DNA of 64,000 bases, from the NCBI GenBank assembly GCA_951406725.2, contig OX597815.1:188914001-188978000 (forward strand). The letters run 5' to 3'. The position numbers were made by a program, and so were the translations under genes. The notes beneath the pieces were generated by a model, which made no database searches, was not told the DNA's origin, and was given only the letters and a program-made list of their open reading frames with translations. Numbering within the stretch: position 1 is the stretch's first letter; each line of letters begins with the position of its first letter. Below, piece after piece: positions 40,158-53,280 of this stretch. Source of the stretch: Octopus vulgaris. Lineage: Eukaryota.

Positions 40158-41562
40158 TATTATTATTATTATTAAGGTGGCGAGTTGGCAGAATTGTTAG
40201 GATGCTGAGCAAAATGCTTGGCTTCTCACATTGTTATTTGAAAATACTCTTTGTTTGTCATGTATTAAACGAAGCTAAATTTTTAAATATATTTATATAT
40301 ATAAAAAAAAAAACTAGTTTTAATGTTTTAAAGATTAAGCTGTGACTGATTGAAATATAGATTTGTACACATAATTTTGAAATAAGTATGTGCAGGAATA
40401 CAAAGAACATCACAAAAGAGAATGAAACTGAAATGCTGTGACTGACAGAGATAAGAGAACAAGTCAGTGGATGATGAAAGATGTCTAAAATTAAGCAGAT
40501 AATGAAATAATAAGTGAATAACAGTAATCAGTCTATGTTGTTTAATTATTAGTAAAGATTATTCTGCCAAGTAATAATGTATATTAATGTTATAATATGG
40601 AGTGTATTGACTGCTTGCTTGAATTCACTCTGTTTCATGTATTGTTTGGAGAACATAACATGTTACTTGGTTCTGTAAATAATAATATTACTTTTATGAT
40701 CTATCTGAATTATTACCACTTTTATGAGGCAATAAACAAGTAAACATCCAAAAAGAATAATTTTGGCAGCTATCTACAGAATTATTTCAAAAACAGTGTC
40801 TTATAACCTGCCGTTCATGACTGAATTCTTTATTTCTCTTATATTAAAGATATTTCCAATTATCTAGTTATTTCTTTCAGCTATTATTTTTCAATTTCTC
40901 TATATTAATTTTGTTGTTGTTGTTGTTTGTCTCTGGTTAAATCGCAGTACCTCAAAATTAATTCTGTTTCTGAAAGTATTTTCTATTCCCAAGCAGTTTA
41001 TTTATGTTTTGTTTCATTTTGGTTGCAAAAAAAAAAAAAAAAAAAAAATTATGCTTTACTTTGTTTTAAAAATTGAAAAGGGAATATTTTTTTTTTCCAA
41101 TCATCAATTTTAATTGTTTATTAAAAAGGGATAAAAATTGTGTATTTAAAAAAAATGTGAATTCCTCAGAGAGTAAAATGAAAAACAAAGCAAACATAAA
41201 ACAATTTCAAATAATGATAAAAATCTGCTGATATTAATCAAAATTCTATCAAAACCAAAATAATATTTTACCTCTTATTGCAGAAAAGCAATAAATGCTT
41301 TTAAAAATTCATTTCAAATATGAAAATTAGTCTATAATTAGTTTTATTCATTGCCAGAACATTTCAAATACGTGGTGTTGAAGAAATATTTATGTTACTC
41401 AATATTGATCGGAATCTTTCTTTTAACTGATGGAGCTGTAGTTGTTATTTACCATCTTTTCAGCATTAATCTAATTCTTTTCTAAATCATGGAGATAATC
41501 AATACAGAAATGGAATACTATAGTCTACTGGAGTTTCTATTCTTTAAAGCAATACTACTTAC

Positions 41563-41838
41563 CTCGGTATCCAATTTTGGCAAGTTGTAAATTTTCTCAA
41601 TTCAATTTCCATACATTTCTTTAGTTGAATATCTTCATTGAAAACTATAGAGGATTCTTTCGGTACAACATAGTAAAATATTAAAGCAAGTATCTTTCTG
41701 CTTGCCTGTTTACTTGTATTGTAGAAATGACGTTACTCTTTTCTTCCGATTATAAATTTTCTATTAACTCCTTGTAAAATTGTCTTATCATTATGCATTT
41801 TATCATGGTATTATTTATTCATCTTCTTTTTATTTGTT
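41563..41838 (-). other. Candidate exon (UTR or non-coding; possibly first coding exon MEIELRKFTTCQNWIP)
   Basis: Acceptor TATCTTTCAG and donor GAG|GTAAGT in unique sequence; no full-length open frame found. Confidence 0.25.
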
Positions 41839-42624
41839 CTGAAAGATACAATTTCATGCAAATTTTCTTACGATCTCATAAAGTATTACATAACAATTTC
41901 AACTAGAATGTTCAACCACTTCTAATGTAATATCAGACGTATATATCAGCTCTGTTGAAACATACACGTATATAGGAAATACTCACACACACACACACAT
42001 GCACGCAAGTACACACACACACATACACGTTTGGAGCACTGAGACCTACAACTAAAAACAAGAATGAAACAAAGACGAATTTGTATATATTTACAAAAAT
42101 GGTTTGTCTACAACAGAAAGAATATTGATGTGCCATCATAGAATGTTTACAATTCAAAACATTCTATTTTCCTTATTTCTCTTTGAATTCCCATGTCTCA
42201 ACATAATCCATTCACATTATCAGCAGCCTTATCATTATTATTATTGCTATTACTTTTATTGTTGTTATTATTACCAATATTATTCAAATTTTGCTAATGT
42301 CGACTTTGCTTTTCATCCTTTTAGGGATGATGGAATTAACACCAGTCAAGTCCTGGGGTTGATGTAACTGACATTCCCCCTCCCCTCAAAAACCGCTGAC
42401 CTTGTGTCAAGAATTTTAAAACCAATATTATTATTATCATCAAGGTGGCTTGCTAGCAGAATTGTTAGCAGAGCAGACAAAGTACTTGGGTGTATTTCTT
42501 CTGAGTTCAAATTCTGCCGAAGTCATTTTTATTTCGTTGCATGATTTGGCCATGAAGTTCCATTTCTTTCCATTTGTTCATCTTGTTCTTCTTCCTTTCG
42601 TCATTGAATTTTCCTAATGTTTCA

Positions 42625-43280
42625 TATTTCTTTATTGCCCACAAGAGGCTAAACACAGAGGGGACAAACAAGGACAGAAAAATGGATTAAGTCGATTATA
42701 TCGACCCCAGTGCATAACTAGTACTTATTTAATCAACCACAAAAGGATGAAAGGCAAAGTCAACCTCAGCAGAATTTGAACTCAGAACGTAGCAGCAGAT
42801 GAAATACCTATTTCTTTACCACCCACAAGAGACTAAACACAGAGGGGACAAATAAGGACAGACAAACGGATTAAGTCGATTATATCGACCCCAGTGCATA
42901 ACTGGTACTTATTTAATGGACCCTGAAAGGATGAAAGGCAAAGTCAACCTCAGCAGAATTTAAACTCAGAACATAGCAGCAGATGAAATACCTATTTCTT
43001 TATTACCCACAAGGGGCTAAACACAGAGGAGACAAACAAGGACAGACATAGGTATTAAGTCGATTACATCGACCCCAGTGCGTAACTGGTACTTAATTTA
43101 TCGACCCCGAAAGGATGAAAGGCAAAGTCGACCTCGGCGGAATTTGAACTCACAACGTAATGCAGACGAAATACCGCAAAGCATTTCACCCGGCGTGCTA
43201 ACGTTTCTGCCAGCTCGCCGCCTTCTCCCAGATGAAATACCGCTAAGCATTTCGCAAGGCATGCTAACGTTTCTCCTAGC
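42625..43280 (-). mobile_element. SINE A array with a full copy nested in the head of another copy
   Basis: CAGATGAAATACC at 42980-42992 and 43229-43241 flanks the full copy 42993-43228; another junction at 42796-42808. Confidence 0.88.
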
Positions 43281-43320
43281 ATGTTTTCATAGTATCAAGC
43301 ATGTTTTGAGTGAGTGCAGT

Positions 43321-43711
43321 GGAATGGAAGCACTCCGTCGGTTACGACGATGAGGGTTCCGGTTGATCCGAATCAACGGAACAGCCTGCTCGTGAAATTA
43401 ATATTTAAGTGGCTGAGCACTCCACAGACACGTGCACCCTTAACGTAGTTCTTGGGGATATTCAGCGTGACACAGAGAGTGACAAGGCCGGCCCCTTGAA
43501 ATACAGGCACAACAGAAACAGGAAGTAAGAGTGAGAGAAAGTTGTGGTGAAAGAGTACAGCAGGGATCACCACCATCCCCTGCCAGAGCCTCGTGGAGCT
43601 TTTTAGGTGTTTTCGCTCAATAAACACTCACAACGTCCGGTCTGGGAATCGAAACTGCGATCCTATGACTGCGAGTCCGCTGCCCTAACCACTGGGCCAT
43701 TGCGCCTCCAC
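43321..43711 (-). mobile_element. SINE C, full length with 12-bp TSD
   Basis: AGTGAGTGCAGT at 43309-43320 and 43712-43723; A box TGGCCCAGTGG, TCG anticodon-like loop, B box GTTTCGATTCC. Confidence 0.9.
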
Positions 43712-44164
43712 AGTGAGTGCAGTATACTAGCACAAAATGAATTTTCCTAATGTTCCAGTCCCCTTTTAGCATTTCTGGCTGCCAAAATTATTCTATTTTT
43801 TTTACTCTGTACAACATAATTTTTCAGTCCATGCTGCAGTACCAATGGGGTCTTCTGCATTTACTAATACTCTACCACCCACCATTCTTGGGAGATAGTG
43901 CTAGTCAGTATTGCTTTTAGGATGGAGTGTGATGTGCATTGCTAGCAGTTTTCTGGTTCTTCTATCTAAGTTCTGCACCTTGATCTTCATCCACTTCAGG
44001 AATAAGGAAGACTATCTCAATACTGGCATTGCCCATGTATTTATGGCTTTAATGCACCTTCCAAATTTTCCTATTGTACCCTTTAGTGACATCCTTTCTC
44101 ATTTCTCTTTCCCTTATCTTACTGTCTTGCAGTACTCAGAGATATTTGTATCCCTTATTTCTGC

Positions 44165-44659
44165 GAAGACCTGTTGAGGCAAGTGAAATCGAAATCAAAA
44201 TCAAATTCGATGACTAGCATCCGTGCTAGTGGAGCGCTAAGAGTACCATACGAGTGAGATTGTTGCCAGCACAACAAGCTGGCCTCTGTGCTGATGGCAC
44301 GTTAAAAACACCATTCAGGCATGATCGTTACCTGTGTTGCCTTACTAGCACTTGTGCTGGTAACATGTGGAAAAAAACATTCAAGCAAAGATGTTGCCAG
44401 TGCCGCTGGACCGGCTTCTGTGCAGGTAGCACATAAAAAGCACCATTTGAGCGTGGTCATTGCCAGTACCGATTGACTGGCCATTGTACTGGTAGCACGT
44501 AAAAAGTACCCACTACACTCACGTAGTGGTTGGCATTAGGAAGGGCATCCAGCTATAGAAACTCTGCCAAATCAGACTGGAGTCTGGTGCAGCTATCTGG
44601 TTCACCAGACCTCAGTCAAATCGTCCAACCCATGCTAGCATGGAAAGCGGACGTAAAAC

Positions 44660-44725
<66 letters not shown>
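44165..44725 (+). mobile_element. Family D repeat with long (GAT)n tail
   Basis: Internal GGCACGTAAAAAGCACC-type units, AGGAAGGGCATCCAGC, then (GAT)n. Confidence 0.8.
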
Positions 44726-44727
<2 letters not shown>

Positions 44728-44890
44728 CATAGCGATTGACTGATGACTAGTAGTAATTTTATACCATCTCCAGGATTTATCTTCCACCTCACTTCAGAGT
44801 TAGTACTGTGCACTTTTCTTCCACAAACTGCATTCCAACATCTTCCCTGAAAACTCTCAATGTTTATATTAGAAAATCCAGGTCTGCCTC

Positions 44891-44944
<54 letters not shown>

Positions 44945-44945
<1 letters not shown>

Positions 44946-45270
44946 GGTAAACTCATAGGTAGGCCTGGTTTTTCTCATTATCTTTGTCAGAAGGATTCGT
45001 TCAGTGGTGAAGAGCAATGGAGACAGCAAGTCTCCTTGGAAAACGCCTCTGCATATTGTCACATTATCTAGTAATTCATTTGCACATGTCAGTTCTGCTT
45101 CCTATTCTCTTTGTTTTCTCAAAAAAATTGTTTATATTCTCATTGACTCCAAGCATCCTCAGACATTCCATGAGCCACCTGAGTGGGACACAGTCGTAGG
45201 CCTTCTAGAACTCTATTCAAACAACAGCTACATTTTTCTTCTTTACTTCATTTAATATTCTGCTGTCTAT
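44945..45270 (-). pseudogene. Reverse-transcriptase fragment of an R4/Dong/NeSL-like LINE
   Basis: Minus strand reads KAYDCVPLRWLMECLRMLGV ... NVTICRGVFQGDLLSPLLF, with stops and frameshift. Confidence 0.8.
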
Positions 45271-45328
45271 ATATATATAAATATATATATATAGCAGATC
45301 AGCAGTTCCTATTATTATTATTATTATT

Positions 45329-45376
<48 letters not shown>

Positions 45377-45442
45377 ATTATTATTGTTGTTGTTCATGTT
45401 GTTGCCGCTGCTGTTGTTGTTATTGTTGTTATTATTATTATT

Positions 45443-45481
<39 letters not shown>

Positions 45482-45500
45482 TATTATTATTATTATTATT

Positions 45501-45966
45501 GAGTGAGAGAGCAGTGCATGCCATCAAAGTGACACTGGGGTACAAATATATGAAGCCCAATATATCCATCATGCCTTCCCATCTAATAAGGGTACATCAG
45601 GCACATGCATACTTTGTGTAAGACATGGTGATCTCATCTCAAGATAAGCAGCGCATGACCTTGCAGGTGGGGACCAGTTAGAATTTTCTTTAGGTCGAGT
45701 AGCCCATCCCACTTAAAAGGTCCCTAAATAAGGATTGTTTAAGGATGTTGAATAAACCACCCATGTTTCCAAAGGTGAATTATCCCAACCTCCAAGAATT
45801 CCTTTCAACACACGGCTATGATGCTCCCCAACTACTTCTGCTTGTGATCAGAGATGCACATATCGTCAGCCAATAAGGGACATGCTCAACTGGTTAAGGT
45901 CAAACAACTGACAAGCAAATCTGTGGTATTGAAGAGTATATTTTCTGTAGCACATCTTTACAGCAT
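45501..45966 (-). mobile_element. (TAA)n-associated retroposon 3' end (second copy at 52815-53093, +)
   Basis: Both copies end TGCACTGCTCTCTCACTC directly into (AAT)n. Confidence 0.7.
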
Positions 45967-46437
45967 TCATACAGCATTGAACAGTGAACAGCCATGATGT
46001 CAGTATTTTGACACCCAGTGCAAATCATCAGGATACAGATAACTTTTTTCCAATATTCAGATGGCTTCCAATCCTCCATGTCAGCTAACTTTTCCTCGGC
46101 TACAACTTTAATCTGTATGCTCTCCAACGCTGTTGACTATTCACTAATACATCAAGCTGTTCCTGAACAAATGAGACATAAAAAATATCATCAGTTTCTA
46201 TTACATTTTCTCTTTCATAGCATAATTGCTTTCACTTTGTACTAAATTTTCTTCATTTTCGTGATTTTAAAAAAAAATTTGTTCTGATTTTGATTGTGTT
46301 TTACCCGAGATATTAATAACCAGATTACCAGAATACTCAGTATTTTACTTCATTACCTAAAGATTGAGATTTCAAAATTCTTTCACAGGACAATGAAATG
46401 AATTATATTACAAAGGAAATGTTTGTTTTTAATTTTA

Positions 46438-46947
46438 TTGGGTTGTCCGGAAAGTTCGTGCCAATTTATAGTAGCTTACCTTTCAACTTATTTTAGAACA
46501 TGGTTGAGTCCATAAAATAGTATTTGACTACACATCCATTTAGAGCACAGCTATCTTTTCGTGGAAGAAGGTTTATGTTCCTATGACCTGTGTTAATTCT
46601 GTAACCCTTTAAAGTGGAAGATAAGAAAGTTCCCAAAGTACTTGATGCTTTGGGAAACAGACAAAAATTGCTGCAGCTCAGCTGGGATGTGTTACCCCAC
46701 CCCCCATATTCACCAGATACTGCTCTACCAGATTTCCACTTATTCAGGTCTTTGCAAAATAGTCTTAATGGTAAAAATTACAATTCCATGGATGACGTAA
46801 AAAGATACCTTGATGAATTCTTTGCCATGAAACCACCTCAGTTCTGGGAAGAGGGCATTTTCAAGTTAAAGGAAAGATGGAGACACATTGTGCAACAAAA
46901 TGGTTCATATTTGGTTGATTAAAAATGTAATGGCAAGTATTTATTGA
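46438..46947 (+). mobile_element. Internally deleted mariner, copy 2 (3' TIR missing)
   Basis: TA-TTGGGTTGTCCGGAAAGTTCGTGCCAATTT; ORF 46614-46922 has WDVLPHPPYSPD...DFHLFRSLQNSL...GIFKLKERW...NGSY, the mariner transposase C-terminus. Confidence 0.92.
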
Positions 46948-47309
46948 AAAGTAATCAATGTATTTCTAGTGGTGCACTGAATATAAACTTCTGGCTATCT
47001 ATACCTTCACACCGGTGCAGAAAGAACTGTAATGAATAGTAAATTTCAACTATATTAATTTTTTATCTTTTTTTCATTGTGTGGTTAGGAAGATTGCTTC
47101 TCAGCTACATAGTTTTGGGTTCAGTCCCACTGCGTGGCACCTTGAGCAACTGTCTTCTGCTATAGTCCTAGGCCGACCAAAGCTTTGGGATTGAATTTGG
47201 TATGTGGAAGTTACTGCCACGTGTGTATATGTGTGTGTAGGTACTTGTGCCTCTTCCAGAGAGAGGGATATAGATATATATATATATATATTTAAAATAT
47301 ATATATATA

Positions 47310-47508
47310 TTCAAAATGTGACTGCGTGTGTACCGTTGGCGATTTTTTTTCCTCCGTCTTCCCTTCTCCGGATCTTTCCTTTTCTTATGTATCTGATGAA
47401 GAGCTCTGCTCGAAACGTAAGACCCTCCTTCTTCCCTTCCTTCCTGAGCGTCCAATAATACTATATTTGTTCCACGTCCTCGTGTTGTTGTGTTTTCATG
47501 TTTGGATT

Positions 47509-47515
<7 letters not shown>
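47310..47515 (+). mobile_element. PLE-LTR-like unit in (TA)n with hammerhead-like motif
   Basis: CUGAUGA-A-GAGC(UCU)GCUC-GAAAC-GUA at about 47393-47420; relatives at 29405-29610, 59755-60145 and 62322-62372. Confidence 0.7.
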
Positions 47516-47558
<43 letters not shown>

Positions 47559-47849
47559 GCACATACATATATATATATATACATACATACATCTATATAT
47601 ATATATTTAAAATATATATATATATATAAATATATATACATATATATATATATACATATGTATATATATATACATACATATATACATACATATATATACA
47701 TATATATATACATATAAATATATAAATATATATATATATGTATATATATACATATAAATATATATATATGTATATATATACATATATATATTTATATGTA
47801 TATATGTATATACATATAAATATATATATATGTATATATATATATAAAA

Positions 47850-48115
47850 TTAAAAATGGCAGATAAACAAAAGTAGGCATCAGAAGTGTATTTTCATGGA
47901 ACGGTGCATATACAAATATAAAAAGAGAATATTATCAAGGCTTATCTTTACAGCTGTTATGGAGGAACCATGACTCATACACTAATCCATGTATGTTATG
48001 AAATAAGGTCCCCTAATATTGTTGGTGTATGGTATAACAAAGTTTATTAGAGATCTGTGATGCAAAATCATGCTAGGTTCATCAGAAGATTCTCATGAGT
48101 ATCATAGAGAACAGT
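47850..48115 (-). mobile_element. PLE-LTR-like fragment with decayed long-stem-II hammerhead
   Basis: AUCUU-CUGAUGA ... AAC-AGCU-GUA/AAGAU (47944-48090). Confidence 0.45.
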
Positions 48116-48127
48116 ATTTATGAATAT

Positions 48128-48488
48128 ATGGCCGATGCCAGCGCCGCCTCGACTGGCTTCTGTGTCGGTGGCACATAAAAAGCACCATCCAAACGTGGCT
48201 GATGCCAGCACCGCCTTGGCTGGCTTCCATGCCGGTGGCACGTTAAAAGCACCAACTGATCATGGCCGATGCCAGACTCCCCTGGCACCTGTGCCGGTGG
48301 CACGTAAAAAGCACCCACTACACTCGCGGAGTGGTTGGTGTTAGGAAGGGCATCCAGCTGTAGAAACACTGCCAGATCAGACTGGAGCCTGATGCAGCCT
48401 TCTGGCTTCCCAGACCCCGGTCGAACCGTCCAACCCATGCTAGCGCAGAAAACGGACGTTAAACGATGATGACGATGATGATGATGAT
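48128..48488 (+). mobile_element. Family D repeat, CpG-rich (young-looking) copy
   Basis: Three internal units, GGAAGGGCATCCAGCTGTAGAAAC, (GAT)n tail. Confidence 0.85.
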
Positions 48489-48802
48489 GGGGCCAGAGCA
48501 GGAAGTAAATTGAGAAACTTGGAGCTAAAGATGGAATGGGGGAGAAGAATGGGATTTGCAGAAGTGGATGGGATTTAGTACTTAGAAAACGTCAGTTGAC
48601 AGCATCGAGAGAAATAGAGAGAAAGTAGGTCATAAAGTTAAGGAAGTAAACAAGATCAAAAGGGTTTGAATGTCTGGCAATGAGTAGATTACTAATGGGA
48701 GATGCAGAACTATAGTGAACAGCTGACATAAAGAAGAAAGTGAGTGCACGGTAGTAAATAATAAAATTAATGAAGGAAATATAAAGTAAATATAAGTAAA
48801 CT

Positions 48803-49362
48803 AGGAGTGGCTATGTGGTAAGTAGCTTGCTTACCAACCTCATGGTTCTGGGTTCAGTCCCACTGCGTGGCACTTTGGGCAAGTGTCTTCTACTATAGCC
48901 TTGGGCCGACCAAAGCCTTTTGAGTGGATTTGGTAGATGGAAACTGAAAGAAGCCCGTTGTATATATGTATATATATATATAGCTTTCAGAAGTGATTAG
49001 TGATGGATACCACTTTCTGACCTAATATTATGTATGACTCTCAGTATAACACGATCTACAATTTTATCCACTTTATATATACAGAGTTCCACCACCGACT
49101 ATGGATCAGAAAAAAAAAAAAATATATATATATGTATATGTATGTGTGTGTATATGTTTGTGTGTCTGTGTTTGTCGCTCCAGCATCGCTTGACAACTGA
49201 TGCTGGTGTGTTTACATCCCCGTCACTTAGCAGTCCGGCAAAATAGACTGATGGAATAAGTACTAGGCTTACAAAGAATAAGTCCTGGGGTCGATTTGCT
49301 TGACTGAAGGCAGTGCTCCAGCATGGCCACAGCCAAATGACTGAAACAAGAATAAAAGAATA
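48803..49362 (+). mobile_element. SINE B with a ~130-bp foreign insert in its internal microsatellite
   Basis: Insert 48981-49112 duplicates 49621-49754. Confidence 0.8.
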
Positions 49363-49749
49363 ATGTATCTAGTACTCTGGGGACACAGGTCAGTAGAGTA
49401 GGAGAGGGGACGGGAGGGGATGTACGGTGCACTGGTAAGAGAAGGAGGAGGAAGGGAAAGAAGAGAAAGTGCTAAGTATTGGTAGTTACTTGTGCAAGAG
49501 TGCATTAAGGAGGAGTATTACAAGTGAAGTAGAGAGGAAAGTTTAACATTTTACGGTTGGAATATAAGGATTTATGGCAATGAGAGAATGTGATGTAGAA
49601 CTTATGTCTGCAATGGTAATTAGCTTGCAGAAGTGATTAGTGATGGATACCTCTTTCTGACTTAATATTGTGTATGACTCTCAGTATAACACGATTTACA
49701 ATTTTATCCACTTTTTATATACAGAGTTCCACCACCGACTATGGATCAG

Positions 49750-50330
49750 AAAAAGTTATGGTGGATATACTCAGCTTTGAGATGATGGATGTGCATGTTG
49801 AAGGAGGTAGATTGTCTTATTTTAATGCTTGAGAAAGAGGTTAGATATGCACAATAATGGTGCTTAAGGACAATCATTCTACCAAAATAAACTCTGGATC
49901 TGTGTGATGATAACAGTGCATTTATAAACCACATTATAGCCTAAGCAATCGCCCATCAAAGGGCAATTACTGAATGCTCTGAAATTGCATGTCTTATTAT
50001 GGATTATGGTTGGTGCATTATTTGCATCAAGGTTAGTAACATTAGCATCATTGTTAGTCCTTTGAATAGAATCAAAAGTATTACTGTCATTATTATTAAG
50101 GAGGGATTTGCCATAATTAAGATGATACAAATTATACATGTTATTACATGATACTTGCACCCAAATCATTATAGTTGACATTAATGATGTTCTCACTGGG
50201 CATACAATTGTTTGTATTACTAGCATCTATGTGTGGCAAATAAATGATGAAGGTTTGCTAAATACATGCTGTAAAGTCTCAGGGTTATTGAAAGCTGAAT
50301 ATTTATCTCACTACTTGAGTCTCAGTAAAC
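49750..50330 (-). pseudogene. Penelope-like (Neptune-type) GIY-YIG endonuclease-region remnant
   Basis: ORF 49879-50226 contains KTCNFRAFSNCPLMGDCLGYNVVYKCTV, matching the CNCR...CPL.G.CL..NVVY motif preceding PLE GIY-YIG. Confidence 0.75.
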
Positions 50331-50434
50331 GCAAGTCCTGAGATAATCATACAAAAGATACATATTTATCTGTCTATCTGTCTGTCTTAATGTCTTTATG
50401 CCTGTTTGTCTGTCTGTCTAACTATTTGTCTATC

Positions 50435-51410
50435 AAAGGCGTTCTATAGAGCATTAATAGAGGGAAGGTGCGATGACGTTCTCAAGCAGGATCGGATTGC
50501 CAACGAGGAACACCTGACCCGCCTGTTCAGGACAACTTTTGGGCTGGGACCTATGGACAATCACCAGAGATCCCTGGCCTGGCAGTGCTATTGAGAAGCA
50601 TTGCCAATTTGGGATAAGCTCTACAGGCACAGTTTGAGGCACACCAGACCGACTTGCCCGAGATGTGGTCAGAGCACCGAAACTGTTCTGCACACACTCA
50701 TGCAGTGTCCAACTATTTAGGACCTGTGAGCTTATGCCTAATGGCTAATGTCACATGTGAGACGAGTTTGCTTGTCAGGCAAGTCTGTTATGAAAATTGC
50801 TCTGCCACCTTCCCTTAATTGGGAAGGCAAGGCAGTATTCATTGTACTGGTGGCCATGTTGAAAGAATGTATGAGGTGGGTTTGAGCAAAAGGTTTAAAG
50901 ACAAACACTTTCCTCTCTGGCCAATCGCTCATCAAATTTTTCAAGTACCACATGAAAAGAAGGTGAGAATAGAGAGGCAAGTTTTGTCTTGTGAAAGATT
51001 CAATAAAAGGCGGGTGAATGTAGCAAAGATTGTACGCGTGAATGACAAAACCACTTTGAGCATGATCCTGTTAATTGAAAAAAAAGAGAGAGAGAGAGAG
51101 CTTTTTGCTCTCATGTGTTTTTCCCTCCCTGCCTGAGATTACCATGGTCTTTTCCATAGACTTTTCTTTCCATGGATAAACCTAATCTGTTTTTTAACAT
51201 TTATGATATTTTCTGTAATAATCTGTTTTTTTTACATTTATATTTTCTGAAATACACGATCCCTTTTGATCACTTTTTCTTGTTTTTTTACACGATCCCT
51301 TTTGATTGGAAATGTATTTTCTCCACTTTTTTTGTCTATTTTCAAAAAGAGAGGCTCTACATTGTATTTTTGTCCCCTCTGTGTTCGGCCCTGTGTGGCT
51401 AATAAAGAAA
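50435..51410 (+). mobile_element. 5'-truncated Tx1/L1-clade LINE (zf-RVT CCHC region plus 3' UTR), decayed
   Basis: Reads RSLAWQCY*EALPIWDKLYRH...TCPRCGQSTETVLHTLMQCP (C-x2-C...ET..H....C); ends AATAAAGAAA; flanked by (TCTG/TCTA)n. Confidence 0.85.
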
Positions 51411-51577
51411 CTTATCTCTCTGTCTGGCTGGTTGTCTACCTACCTACCTATTTATCTATCTATCTATCCATCCATCCATTCATCCATCCGTCCATCGAGT
51501 TGTCTGTCTGTCTATCTCTCTCTCTCCCACTTTGCACAGGCACTTATGAAAGAACAAAGAGATCTTATAAAACTTGA

Positions 51578-51734
51578 ACAGGAGTGGCTGTGTGGTAAGT
51601 AGCTTGCTTACCAGCCACATGGTTCTGGGTTTAGTCCCACTGCATGGCACCTTGGGCAAGTGTCTTCTACTATAGCCTCAGGCCGACCAAAGCCATGTGA
51701 GTGGATTTTGTAGATGGAAACTGAAAGAAGCCTG

Positions 51735-51782
<48 letters not shown>

Positions 51783-52028
51783 ATGTGTTTGTGTGTTCTG
51801 TGTTTGTCTCTCCAACATTGCTTGACAACCGATGCTGGTGTGTTTACATCCCCGTAACTTAGCGGTTCAGCAAAAGAGACCGAATAAGTCTAGAATAAGT
51901 ACTAGGCTTACAAAGAATAAGTCCTGGGGTCGATTTGCTCAACTAAAGGCAGTGCTCCAGCATGGTCGCAGTCAAATGACTGAAACAAGTAAAAGAGTAA
52001 AGAGTAAAGATTAAAGAGTAAGAGTAAG
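51578..52028 (+). mobile_element. SINE B, full length
   Basis: Head to (TAAAGAG)n tail. Confidence 0.88.
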
Positions 52029-52539
52029 TAGATAGTAAACCTTGGCTCAATCATACAAACTTATATTATTTCATCGAAAAATCATGATTATGATTATCTT
52101 TATTTATAACTTTGTGCCTAAAATTGTATATAAATATATTTGGATGCCAAAGAAGTTGATTGATACAAAGCAATGATTGTACTGCTATATATATATTTAT
52201 ATACTTATATACTTTATATACTTTATATACTTATATCTCTTTGTGACTATTAGCAACGATGATTGAGTTAGAAAGCAAGGCAAGTATTTACTATAATTGA
52301 AAGCATAGTCTGTGAAATGGTGAACTGTTGTTTCATAAAACAGCCAGCCATAAAAAGAAAATTATCTGCCGAGATATTTGCCTAATTTAACAAAAGATGA
52401 GAATGATACAAAGAAATGTTATCTTGTCATGATTAATTACTCGAAGCGCTCTGCTCTTCATTTTCACAAACAATAAGCTTTACACAAAGAAATGTTACCA
52501 ACCAAGTTACCTAATAATAAAGTTATCTAAGTTAACTAA

Positions 52540-53280
<741 letters not shown>

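Noticed and set aside
43640-43711. tRNA gene (also 4920-4995, 5122-5195, 11319-11392)
   Set aside because: tRNA-derived SINE heads followed by SINE bodies or decayed; no intact cloverleaf evident
46614-46922. Functional transposase or SETMAR-like gene
   Set aside because: Lacks the DNA-binding domain and first catalytic residues; lies within a deleted mariner copy
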